64,000 nucleotides of DNA from Heterodontus francisci (taxonomy: Eukaryota). The notes below the pieces were generated by a model. It had not been told where the DNA came from. It saw only the letters and a list, made by a program, of their open reading frames with translations, and did no database searches. A program made the translations under genes and the position numbers. Position 1 is the stretch's first letter. Each line of letters starts with the position of its first letter. The stretch lies in NCBI RefSeq assembly GCF_036365525.1, contig NC_090376.1:106199651-106263650 (forward strand), in the 5' to 3' direction. Shown piece after piece: positions 26,575-38,515 of this stretch.

Positions 26575-26841
26575 TTAAGTGTGACCATGAAGCTGCTGAA
26601 TTGTCATAAAAACCCAACTGGTTCACGAATTTCCTTTGCAGGCAGAAACTGGCTGTCTTTACCCTGTCCAACCTGTGTGTGATTCCCGTCCCACAGTAAC
26701 GTGGTTAACATTTAACTGCCCTCTGAAGTGGCCACATAAGCCATTCAGTTATATCATACCATCTGGCTCAGGGCAACAAGGGATAGAAAATAAATGTCAG
26801 ACTTGCCAGAGACATCCATATCCCAAGAATGAATAAAAAAT
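26575..26841 (+). mobile_element. SINE-like element: LINE 5'-UTR body joined to the 3' tail of the same LINE family
   Basis: GTGACCATGAA..AACTGGTTCAC..TGAAGTGGCC..CAGTTATATCA matches 48620-48800 (-). It is followed by GGGCAACAAGGGATAGAAAATAAATG..ATCCCAAGAATGAATAAAAAA, matching the LINE tail at 45665-45745 (-). Confidence 0.8.
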
Positions 26842-27392
26842 AGGTAACAAAATGCCCTGTCATAGACCTTCCCTGAAGTGATTCTCTAACATTCTTGTGC
26901 ATTTAGTTGCAGGGACTGGGTCATGCAGCCACTGATTTCCCATCCATTCATTTTACTTATGAGCTGTTCACTCACAAGGCCCTGAGAGAGGCACTTAGCA
27001 TGTGCCACTCCCTGTGAGAGGCCCAGAACACAAAATTGCCCCTCGTGTTATTTTTAAGTAAGATAGTAGAAAGTGCATCTTTGGTTAACATAAAAGCACT
27101 GATTTCGACGTCAGTGACATTAAAGCTGAAAGGTTTATGTTCAATCTTTCCAATTTAGTTATCTCCCCTGTGACCTCCTTCTGGAACATTCCTGTTTCAA
27201 GTAAGATAGTTAGTTACATTTGGTATACATACTGCATGATATTATTTATTCCCATTTGTTTTATTAACCCTGTGAGTTCTGTGATTTTTTTTTGTAAAGT
27301 CTAAGACTGTGTCTACATAGAGAGAGATCACAACTTATTGAGTCATTGCCCGATACGCACCTTTAGGATTCCAATCAAATAGTGGAAAATTT

Positions 27393-28158
27393 GGGCTGGA
27401 TTTTACCCTGATGGCAGGGGTCCTGGCCACAGGCTGGAAGGCAGGGGGCGACCCCACTTTGACCCTGTTTTGGATCCCCGACTGAATTCCACGGCGGGCA
27501 GTTAATTGGCTGTCCGCAGTTGGGGTCCCTGGCCCTTTAAGGATGGGGATTCCGCCCCCAAGAGCTGTCGGCCAATCAGAGGGCCAGCAACTTAGCAGTA
27601 CCAGTACCGGGAATGGTGCCCACTGCTGGTATGGCAGGAGGCCCGCGACCAGGAGCAGTGTGGGAACCCTGGATCTCAGGTAAGTGGGGTGGGCTCACTG
27701 TACTCAGTCCGACAGGCCCCAGTGAGGGGGATGAGGAGAATGATCCTCACTCTGGCAGGTGAGGTGGGAGTTTGTTTGCGGGAGGGTGACCCTTGCCGCG
27801 GGTAGCCCTCCTTAGTCCACAAATTGCCCACGCGGAGGAAGCTCCCCTCCCCACCCAGCCCACAGGGAGGCCACCTGGTTTTACTAGGTGACCTTCCCAT
27901 GTGGTAGAGAGACCGCCCCACCCCGCCACTAATAAAATGCCAGTGGCGGCAGAAAGAGGCCCTTAAGTGACCATTAATCGGCCACTTAAGGGCCTCAAAA
28001 CACCTCTGGGCAGGAAGGCAGTCTTCAGCGTTCCCCATCCCCGACAAAATTGAATGGCATCAGGAAGGCGATGGGCACTCCACTCCCCCCTTCCCTCGCT
28101 ATTTTATGGCTCCCCCAGCCTCCCACCCCGTCCTTAGAGGGCTGATAAAATTCAGCCC
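27393..28158. mobile_element. PIF/Harbinger-like MITE
   Basis: TIRs GGGCTGGATTTTA and TAAAATTCAGCCC; internal palindrome GAGGCCCTTAAGTGACC..GGCCACTTAAGGGCCTC. Confidence 0.85.
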
Positions 28159-28686
28159 TCTGTGTGAAGTTAATGGCTGCACTCCAAGTTAGTTCATTCT
28201 TATTTTGGCAGACAATCTGAGAGAACCCAGGGATGTTGCTGAACTATCCTGACCCTCCCACAAGTGCATGGTTCCTGTGAGTGCCCAACTTAATTGACAA
28301 CCTCAATGTGCCAATGCTTTGTTTTACAAATAGCGGGTTACTCAACGGCACAGTGTAATTACAAAATACATGCATGTTTTCCTTTTTCTGATTAAAAAGT
28401 CCAGGTTCGATACATAGAAGAGATACGTGCGAGTGACTGGCTATAGTCAGCTTGTTCATTGTAAGAGTAATAAAAACAGATCATGTCAGCAGGTAGAAAA
28501 AAGCAGCAAAATAAGGCAATGGGTTGCATTGTTGCATTCTTATTAACTCACAAGAATGCAAGATTAGCATTGGATTATGAGTTATCATACCTTAGGCCAT
28601 GTTTAGCACATGAAACAAACATTGGGTGGCAACCTCCTGTGTCAGCAAATCAAATGTGGTTAGGTTTCTGCACTTTTTGACTAATT

Positions 28687-29297
28687 GGGCTGAATTGTAC
28701 GCTGCCCCAGCGGGTTGGATGGTGACGTGGGGGGCGGCGTAAAATTGGGCGGGAGGCTCTGGGAGGCCTTCCTGCCCTGCTCCTGTCTCTGGCCAACTTT
28801 ACGGCGGTCGAGTGGAGGGGGAAAATGGCCCGCCCGCCCGCCCAAGGCCAATCAAGGCCCTTACTGGCCTCTTAACGGCCACTTAAAAGCCCTCGCCCAC
28901 CACCACGAGTATTTTACCCGTGGCAAGCGGGTGTGCTCCCCCAAAATGGCTACCCTTGCCTTGCCACCATGACTGATCACCCCCCCCCACCCCCTGCTGA
29001 GGCAAGCCCAACTTACCTGAAGTCCTGGCTCCATGGTGTCGGCTGGGCTACAGTCCCAGCAGTGGCCATCGCCCCTGGTGGCGCTGCTGGGACTAAGAGC
29101 TGCCAGCCCGCTGATTGGCCGGCAGCTCACTGAGCTGGGACCTCCTCCCTCAAGTGGGTGGAAGTCCCGCCTCGGGACAATTAAAGCCCGGGGACTCGTA
29201 AAATGCAGGTCGGATCCCCGGGCTAGGAGGAAGCAGGTTCGCTACCGACTTTTACATTGGTGGTGAAGTCCCATCTGCCTACGGTAAAATCCAGCCC
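28687..29297. mobile_element. PIF/Harbinger-like MITE, inverted relative to the 27393 copy
   Basis: TIRs GGGCTGAATTGTAC and GTAAAATCCAGCCC; CTGATTGGCC motif in the opposite orientation. Confidence 0.85.
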
Positions 29298-30399
29298 AAT
29301 GTGTTAGTTATTAGCAACTGCTCAGCACAGTACGACTGTCTCAACCTTAGCAGATCTCATTGCATCAATTGCAACATCATTTTCTTTCCCACTCCCCCCA
29401 ACACCTCCTCATCTCCATTTGTAGTTCCTCTCACGTATCTCAGACTGGTTAGTTCCAATCTATCTTGGGCCAATAGATTGATAGATAATCACATGTAATT
29501 CTTGCCTCAGTGTCTAGTGTCCTCTATAGCTCTTTTCTGGGCTGAAGTCAAACTTTGAGTTGAAGCAAAAGTCAATGTTTTAAATCACTATCTTCAGTCA
29601 GTAACTCACATTTCCACTTTATAAATATTAACAGTGAATTAAATATTAATATTTGAAAGAAGTTCACATAGAAAATAAGGACAAATCCTAATGTGGATAT
29701 TTATGGATACATATCCATTTATCTGAAGGCAGCTATATATCAGATGAGCAGAATATCATTAAAGCAACAGCATGACAGTGGAAGTAAGAGAATTCTGATC
29801 ATAAAATATAGATAGCAACATACATGATTTTGCTTTAACATTACCTTTTTGATTATGTAACCATTCATTAATTCACATCAGATGGAATCCATTAATCCCC
29901 TTTACAAGCATGAACCTAAATTTACATCTGACCACAATACAACCTGGATGGCATTAATCCCAGCAATGCAATTTCATACCAGATCTAAAGCTTGTTATAG
30001 TTTTCATCCACACTGCCCATCAAACCACTTAGCCTGTTCCTTCCATAGACAATCCATTCTGTCATAAATTCACTTTCCTTAACTCTCCTAAGGAAAGCTT
30101 TACAAAGTCTCTTATGCCTTGCATCTAAAGGTAATTGAAACAAACTTTAAAATATCTGTAACCTTAGGTCTCATTTTATATATCCTTCGCTTCCATGACA
30201 TGGCATTTCCATGTTCCCAGAAGCTCAAAAAGATCATGTACCACAAGATCTTTTGTCACCTCTAACTATACTTACCCATAAATTTTCAGTTCCTAAACAG
30301 ATATTTATTCAGCAAATTGATTTGCCAACTGTTATTTGAAAACCATAAGCTACATTATCTGGGAATCTATTTCACATATTTGCTACTCTGTTGGGGGCA

Positions 30400-30825
30400 A
30401 AAACTCATTCTGCTGTTAGCATGGCTCTTGCCTCTGATTGGAAGGTTATAGGTTCAAACCCCATGGGCATGTCATCTGAGCTGATATTTCAGTATGGTAT
30501 TGAGAGGTTGCTGCATTGTTGGAGGTGCCATGCTTTGATTAATAGAGGTCCCATCTTGCAGCTCAAGTGCAAATAAAAGACCACACAGTAAAGTTTGAAG
30601 TGGAGTATGGATTTTTGCTGTTTTCCAGGCCCCTTCTATAACCAACTCCACCAAAAACATATCATCTGATCATTCATTCATGCACTGTTTATAGGACATG
30701 TTACTGCAAATTGGCTGCTGTATTTGCCCACATAACAACAGTGGCTGCACTTCAAAATACTTATGAAATAGTTTGGGACATCTTCAGGACATGATATGGT
30801 GCTCTAAAAATGCATGTTCTTTCTG
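30400..30825 (+). mobile_element. Deu-domain SINE with tRNA-derived head (degraded)
   Basis: B-box GGTTCAAACCC at 30451, GCTGCATTGTTGGAGGTGCC, CAAATTGGCTGCTG, and a TTTGGGACA..GGTGCTCT tail. Confidence 0.8.
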
Positions 30826-31525
30826 CTAATCTCAAATCTTGCTTTAGGTTTTATGATTTTGTACTCATTTTCTAAGGTTGCCCTCATCATAGAAGTTAAA
30901 TAGCCTGGCTGTATCTACATTATTTATTCCTTCTACTCTTTTAAAAGCTTGCATTAAATATCCTCAATCTTATTTCCTGTAATGAAAATTAATTCAGATC
31001 TGGGAGCCTCACTTCATGACTTAAAGCTGAAATTATCCTTATCACTCTCTCTTCAGTCCTCTTAATGATATTCAACTGTATTTTCACAGCTAGCTTTATT
31101 TTTGGATCTGTCAATAACCTTTCATATCTGGAAACGAAGCATGTAAAACAAGTGGGAGATGCTTCTCTTTAAGTGCCCTTTATAAGCAATTTGACTACAG
31201 CATTTGAAAGTGTAGTGCTGCGACTGGTTGAATGTGGCACTTTCAAACTGAATAGAAGACAGCCAATGATCACTGTAGCATCTACTTGTCATGAGACACT
31301 TTATCATGCATCATGGCCTCACTAGCAATAACACAGCAGTCTCCAAGTGTTCAGCCCTTTACTGTATGTGTCAGGGAAGCATTGATTGAAGGAAGCCAAA
31401 TGCCCATTATAAGGGTATGAAATGTAGTCAGTCACAATGCTCCAAACAGAAGAAGTATTTGTTATTTTCACAAAGAATGAGAAATATTTATATAAAAGTT
31501 CCAGACATCAAACATAAAACCCTTT

Positions 31526-31712
31526 GGGATAGATTTTTGCTTTGTTTGATCGTGTAAAATGGATGATAGCGAGTTGGCAGCCTGATTTACATCTCTTTCC
31601 ATTTTTATTTTTATTGAAGTCAATGGAGATAAAACTCGGGTGAGATGTAACACTTGCTACTGAGTTGCTGTCATCTGGCTTTAAACTATCGCGCAAAATC
31701 AAAATATACTCC
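31526..31712. mobile_element. Fold-back (hairpin) MITE
   Basis: Imperfect palindrome centred on ATTGAAGTCAAT, with arms GATGATAGCGAGTTGGCAG and CTACTGAGTTGCTGTCATC, flanked by TTT on both sides. Confidence 0.7.
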
Positions 31713-31868
31713 TTTTGTTTCTGCTATCAGCTCCTCACTTTCTTGCTTACTATCCCTTTGATGTTAATGCTTTCATTCAGCATAGTTTTTTGAGCATGAC
31801 ATACTAAAAGTTTTCTCATTAAAATTCAAAGGCCGAAGCTACAATCAATTGGTTATAATTGACTTTTA

Positions 31869-32054
31869 GGGGAAGAAATTCTTCACGGGTGAATACACAA
31901 AACGGGTGCTATTGGATTGGCCACCTGTTATACGCAGCAGCCGATATTTAGTTCTATTGACTACAATGGAACTAAATATCTACCGCTGTGTATAACGGAC
32001 AGTAAATCCGATAGCGCCACTTTTGTGCCACCACCTGAGATAAATTTCTCGCCC
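31869..32054. mobile_element. Fold-back MITE, PIF/Harbinger type
   Basis: Ends GGGGAAGAAATT and AATTTCTCGCCC, TTA TSD on both sides, central palindrome GATATTTAGTTCTATTG-ACTA-CAATGGAACTAAATATC. Confidence 0.85.
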
Positions 32055-32167
32055 TTATTCTTTAGTACAGGAAACTGAGGATAGGAGATTGAATGAAAAA
32101 AACTTGATCTAAATTTTTATCCTGCAAATGACCTTCCTATCCACATTTCCCCTGTACATTTCAAGCA

Positions 32168-32268
32168 GTTTTTTTTCAATTCGTTCAAGGGATGTGGGTG
32201 TTGCTGGCTAGGCCAGCATTTATTGCCCATCCCTAATTGCCCTTGAGAAGGTGGTGGTGAGCTGCTGC
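32168..32268 (-). mobile_element. Short 3' tail fragment of the CR1-group LINE/SINE family seen at 45.7 kb
   Basis: GGGATGTGGGTGTTGCTGGCTAGGCCAGCATTTATTGCCCATCCCTAATTG is nearly identical to 45688-45740. Confidence 0.85.
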
Positions 32269-34288
32269 TCTAGACTTTGAGGGAGTTATGCATTAATACG
32301 TAAAGCTAAAAGAAACTTAGGGGAAAACATTCAGTACAAAATGGTCCCTCATCGGTAACTTAAAACATTTATTTTGTGGGGTGGGGAGGGGGGAGGGAGG
32401 GGTGCGGGGTGTTCTTGTTGGACCTCCAGACTAGTAGAAGCACAGACATCTGTGCAAATGAATGGAGTTGCTCTGGCACGCATGCAGCCGCCCTCCATGA
32501 TCTACATCAATGGAACAATTCTGCATGAGAGTTGACATTTGAAGTGACGGGGCTCGATAAGAGGGAAAGCGAAAAACTAAACTGAATACAATTCTATCTA
32601 GATCTCAGTCTGGGAGAATGGATCACTTTTTGACTTTGGGCTACAAATGTCAACATTGACCATTCACATCCTAGGTGTGGCATTGTTTGGGTGCACAGCA
32701 GATCTTCTGTTCAGCTCCCGTTTTCAGATTCTTTGACACTACATTCTGGACTTTGAGGAAGCGAGACAATGCAGACTTTGGGCTCTGAGTTGTGACACTT
32801 TTCTCCCATTCTCTGCACTTACTAGTTTCCTCTGCCCTATAAGCGAGCCACCTTGCTATCGCTTACTGTTGCACCTGCATGATCCAGCTAAGATGAAAAA
32901 CTCGCCAACTGTGGAGGGAGGGAGGGGTTGAGAGGTGTCGAATATGATTAGTTTCTGGTGGGGTTTGAACAAGTCTGTGATGCAGTGCCTCTTACATGGC
33001 CCATCACATTCTTCATATATTGTTGATTCAGTGACTGTGTTTCCACATTAAAGATGATGCACACTATAGTTTTTTAACAAGATGAAAGCAAAGTCTCATT
33101 TGTCAGAGGTTATTTCTTGTACTCCACTCTAAACTGAACGCAATGCCATGTATCATTTGTGTTCTTTGTCGGCTCAACAAATTAACTAGGTATCAGACCA
33201 ACATCTTTGTTGTGCTGCTGAATAGTCCTCATTATGTTTTAATATACATTTAGCTTTCTTTGATACATAATTGTAATATTTCATTCAGTGCCAGAGTTCC
33301 CAGTAGTGAGAGAGCAAAGGTTTGGCCTTGGTAGTAAAATGCTTTTCATGTTTCCAGATTAACAGATCAATTTGGGCTAAACTGTTACTTCCTCAGTATT
33401 ATTGTAAGATGTGTACTTTTATTGTTTGAAGCAGTATGTTAAATTGATCTTGTAAATTCAAGCTTTTAATTCTTCGTTGCCAGTAACCTTTAGACTATAT
33501 GTTACAGCGTGGGTTCCTATACAGCGTCTTTATATGACATCATGGGAGTGGCAATTCGAGCAGAAGCATTCTGCAGTTCCTTGCAATTAATTAGTTAATT
33601 AAACGACACTGCAGCTGCCTGTATGCCATGACACAACTCTATGGGAGTCCTCTCATTCAAAGAAACTAGAACAATTAGATCACATTTTCTCTAATCTCAC
33701 TAATCTGCTGTACTCCAGTTTTATAATCAGACAAATCCTTAATCAATTATGTCATTCCCCCTCCCACCCATAAAAGGCTACATTAGAATAGGGATTTTCC
33801 TTTTAATGAAAAGCCGTTATATATCTTCGGGCCTTGTCACACTACGTGTAAATGCAATGCTATTCTTCACCATCCTGCTAGTCATTTGTTTCCAATGTAA
33901 TGCCTGGAATTCTAGATGCTACTGCTGGTCACCCTGAATTATCCTCTATCTATCAATGACACTGTTTCATCTGGCCACTTGTTGATAGCTCACAGCAAGT
34001 TTATAACTTCCTACCAATTCGTACTTGTCAGAATCTTTAAGAAAATTATTTGAAAAAGACAGATTTAAAATAAGTCAATGTCCATAATGTTTGATGATAG
34101 CAAATGATTTTACTTAATAAAAAAATGGGGCATAAGAACTGACCAGTCCAGGGATTTTCAGCTGCATTCTAGAATATAGCAACTCGCTGAAGCTAGCGAT
34201 GGGAACAAAAGGAACAGAAGCTTCCTACAGCTGAGGAATTTTGACAGCCCCTAAAAACTTGACAACTGTAGCATTTTTGCCCATGTAA

Positions 34289-34935
34289 TTGACCCTCAAT
34301 ACCTTGCTCTACGGCAGCGAGGCCTGGGCAATGTATGTCAGCCAAAAGCGACGTCTCAATTCAATCCATCTTTGCTGCCTCCGGAGAATACTTGGCATCA
34401 GGTGGCAGGACTGTATCTCCAACACAGAAGTCCTCGAGGTGGCCAACATCCCCAGCATATACACCCAACTGAGCCAGCAGCGCTTGAGATGGCTTGTCCA
34501 TGTGAGCCGCATGGAAGATGGCAGGATCCCCAAGGAGACATTGTACAGCGAGCTCGCCATTGGTATCAGACCCACCGGACGTCCATGTCTCCGCTTTAAA
34601 GACATCTGCAAACGCGGCACAAAGTCCTGTGATATTGATCATAAGTCGTGGGAGTCAGTTGCCAGTGATCGCCAGAGCTGGCGGGCAGCCATAAAGGCGG
34701 GGCTAAAGTGTGGTGAGTCGAAGAGACTTAGCAGTTGGCAGGAAAAAAGACAGAAGCGCAAGGGGAGAGCCAACTGTGTAACAGCCCCGACAACCAATTT
34801 TATCTGCAGCACCTGTGGAAGAGTCTGTCACTCTAGAATTGGCCTTTATAGCCACTCCAGGCGCTGCTTCACAAACCACTGACCACCTCCAGGCGCTTAC
34901 CCATTGTCTCTTGAGACAAGGAGGCCAAAGAAGAG
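34289..34935 (+). mobile_element. RTE-clade LINE 3' end (5'-truncated ORF2 C-terminus)
   Basis: LLYGSEAW..CLRRILGIRWQD..LRWL.HVSRMEDGRIPK..LYSEL..RPTGRP motif, a C-terminal CxxC..HxxxC finger (CSTCGRVCHSRIGLYSHSRRC), and a GAAGA-type tail. Confidence 0.9.
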
Positions 34936-35029
34936 TTGACCACTATTGTGTCAAGAAGCATCACTGACCTGTGGTGACCTTTGATCTTCATTTCTGTACG
35001 CGCTGCTTGGCGTTGCAAGTCAAGCTAAT

Positions 35030-35140
35030 AATCTTATCTTGACTCTATGTCTTCTCCCCTGGTCCAGTCTCTTCCCACCTACATCCATGACTCTTCTGAC
35101 GCCCTAGGTCATTTTGACAATTTCCAGTTTCCTGGCCCTA
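35030..35140 (+). mobile_element. Penelope-like element RT fragment
   Basis: YLDSMSSPLVQSLPTYIHDSSDALGHFDNFQFPGP resembles the PLE RT 'LPTYI.D' segment. Confidence 0.65.
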
Positions 35141-35864
35141 GGTGTTGGCTGTTGACAAGAAGACACTTCACAAGGACGTACCTGAAGTTAACAGACCAAA
35201 CCATGCCATTTTTCCTCCCAAATATTCCTCCCCTATTCTCCTGAAGGCACTTAGGGTAGGGGTTCAGACTACTGGCAACCTGTGACACCTTCGTCAAATG
35301 GGCATTTTTTTGATAGGTGAGCCTTAGCAGTGAGTTTGGACAGATTATTCAATCAGGGAAGCATTATGCCTGAACTTGGCTGCATCCTCAAAAACGTTCA
35401 GACCTGTGCTTTCCAGCAAGGATGGCTGGATAGAAATCGAGAAGAGGAACGCTGGAGGATATATTTTTCCCACTCTAATTGGAAGAGCACTGAGGCCAAC
35501 AGTAACATCCTTATGCTGCCCTTGCTGAGGTCAGTTAACATCACCCTATCTGGGCTGCTAGTGTGACCCTGATGCAGCTCCATGACTCTGTAATAATGCT
35601 GTGGAAGCATTATTTAAGATCAGATTATCTTGACCTGTGTTTGATGGCCTGTTACTGAGGCTTGGACACAAATCATTACCCACCATTTACTCTTTCATGG
35701 CTGAACCCTATTAGAAATTTGAGGTACATGATGATAATTTTAACTGCCCATGGTTTATCACACCTGGATTATCATTTTTTATCCAGACTATCTTACTTCC
35801 TAAGTGAATTAAAGTAAATGATGAAAATGATCAGACTGACATGGTATGCAACAAAGAAAAGCCA

Positions 35865-35948
35865 CTGGAAATAAAAATCGTTCGGGATGAAAAGCAGGCT
35901 GCTGCTCACTGTCACTCATTTTACGCTTGTACAAAGTCAAAATCTACA
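35865..35948. mobile_element. Right arm of the same hairpin MITE family as 31526-31712
   Basis: GATGAAAAGCAGGCTGCTGCTCACTGTCACTCATTTTACG..CAAAGTCAAAATCTA resembles the reverse complement of 31530-31593. Confidence 0.55.
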
Positions 35949-37759
35949 TCTATGACTCAATATATAGCATTTGTATATTTAACCTGTATTTGATTTAATA
36001 TAAGGTCACATTTCTCACAAGTAAAAGCAAATAAAAACCTCGATCCAATTTTTGGTTTTAAACCAATGTGACATTTGTATCATAGAATGAGAATTGCTAG
36101 ATGAAATAACCAAGACGCGTCTAGTTCATGTTCTACCATCCTGGTACTCACATGATTACAACAATACTGGAAGGTTTAAAAGGCATGGTAATCATTCAGT
36201 TTAAAAAGTAGCAGACAGGAAGTTCCCAAGTTCAATCCCACTATTAATCTGCCCTAGGATGAGCAGTAGGAAGGGAACAAGTCAATCGTGTACAGGTGCC
36301 AGAAAGAAGAATGATACATGAAGGCAGGGCTGGGTTCTTTTGGACGATTCCCAAACTTGACACCCATTGCCTAACTTAATGGATGAAAAATGTCTCTCTC
36401 TCTGTTGCAAGGTGAAAGGAGGGCCCATCAGCCAAAGGAACTGCATCCCTATATGCGTCATTGCATTCAACAGAGATTGTTAATGAATGAAAATCAAATA
36501 TTAATTTTTAGTGTGTCATTTTCTAGCTGCCAAGAAATGGTTAGGGCAAGTAAATAATTGGATACATACAAGCCCTTACATGTATGAGTTGGCTAATGAA
36601 CAATAATAGACAGGTAATGGAATTACTGTCTGGTTTCGGTTCTTTCTCTAATTTTAAATGGAGACAGTTCCGTGTGTATTGTACTATTAATTTGGCGCCT
36701 TTGACTGTGCAATCAGAATTACTCTGTGGTCTGAGTATCTTATGAATACCAAAAATCATTCCATCATTAATCAGCCACCAGTCGAGTAATTAATGGACTG
36801 GCCAACTAACCACAGATATCTGTTAATTGTCACAGCTACAGGAATATAAATGTGCGGGGGAGGTGTTTTTAGAAATGTTCACATCAGGGGCGTGACCAAT
36901 TACAGGCTGTCACAGGCGATTAGACACAAAAATCTTTGTGTGTTTACAATGAAATAGCAGCACCTATCGGAACAATGGATTTACATTTTTATAGGCAATG
37001 TAAAACAAGGAGCTGTCTGGCTTCACAGAAATTGCACAATGTATCCCTAATGTGTCTAGCAGCAGTTATAATTTGGCTATGGGAGAAATCGTGAAACAAT
37101 AAAATGAGTAGCAGCTAACAGGAAAATGCATGACAAAAGGCCCAGCCCCCTAGGAGAAAATGATAAATAACTTGCCAGCTTCTCTATGATGGGAATATCT
37201 CTGGTATATTCATATGCTAACACGACCATTTTCTTTCAGACCATTTACTGTGCTTCTTTTATAATCTATCTTGCACTGTGTCTAATGATTCTCTTCTTTG
37301 GCAATGCACATTAATTTTAATGGGTACAGGTTCATTTACCAATACTTCATATTTTTGGTACAGGTTGCACTCCAGATTTATGTTCATTGGTTCTATGATC
37401 TGTTTAATATGGTTTAACTAATGCATATGTGCTTATTAGAAGATGCCAATCTCCTGTGGCATTGCTCTTAGTAATTTAAAGGGTGGACAAAAATGATGTC
37501 ATCAGTAAAGTATGCAGGGTAATGTGTTACAGGAAATAGGTGTGACTTGAACAGGAAGTGCATCTCTATGCAAGATGGATACAAAAATATACTAGTGGAT
37601 TTCCTCACAGCAAGTCAGATGATAAGGCTGCAAATAGGATTTTAAAGAAGATGCAGAATGGATAACAAATTGTGATTAAAAGGATACAACTGAAACAGGT
37701 AAAATAAATGGCAGGAAGGATTGATAGGCCAAACTGCACAATGATGCTTTGATTTTCAA

Positions 37760-38270
37760 AAATCATTTGATACAGGACCATTTATGCCTTTGAATTAACT
37801 TTTTATCCACATGACCATATTTCTCTTTAATTCATGAGCCAGTATCTTTGCCGTAAATGGTGTGGTATCAAGTTATTTTTGGAAATCCAAACTACATTTC
37901 CTTTCTCTACCTAGTCTGTTTCTTCAAAGAACTCTCTCAGATTTGTCGAATATGACTTGCATTTTAAAAATCTGTGTTGATTGACTGGATTAACTAATGT
38001 TTTTCCAAGTCCTTAGTAATTTTATCCCATATCATCAATGGACGTAATTTATTAATAAATAAAGCAACACTAATTGGTCTTCAATTTTTGCGTTGTCCTT
38101 GCCTCCTGTTTTAAAAGGTATCAAATTTGTCACTCTCTAATCCAGTGGCACAATTTATGTTGCTGTGGAATTGTAGAAATCTGGAGTTAAAACCTACACT
38201 ATTTCTTCCCTTGTATTCTTCAGGTTTGTCAAATTTAAACCATCTTGGGTGATAACCTATTTTAAGTTTG
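37760..38270 (-). mobile_element. Highly degraded CR1-group RT fragment
   Basis: Minus strand retains remnants of 'QHRF....SY.TNL..FFE' and 'VV.LDFQK..D..PH' (GTAGTTTGGATTTCCAAAAATAACTTGATACCACACC). Confidence 0.6.
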
Positions 38271-38515
38271 AATATGTTCTTTAGGAATAACTGGGGTTAT
38301 TTTGGGGAAAGGATGAAAACTAGTATTATGTGGGTGCTGTGCTAATAAACCTGTTTAAATGTTTGGTTTTAGCCTGCTATTTTGGGGTTACTTAAAGATT
38401 ACCATGATTGGAGATAGTAAAATAGACACCTGCATGTTTCGCACTCAATCATTGAAAAGGAGCAACTTTCATGGAGTAAATCTAGCCTTCACACTAGCAC
38501 TTTCCCTGAAGATGT

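Noticed and set aside
29950-31100. Faint minus-strand CR1 remnants around the Deu-SINE
   Set aside because: Too degraded to delimit by eye.
36410-36478. Possible exon after a pyrimidine tract (TCTCTCTCTCTGTTGCAAG)
   Set aside because: No convincing donor site or recognisable peptide.
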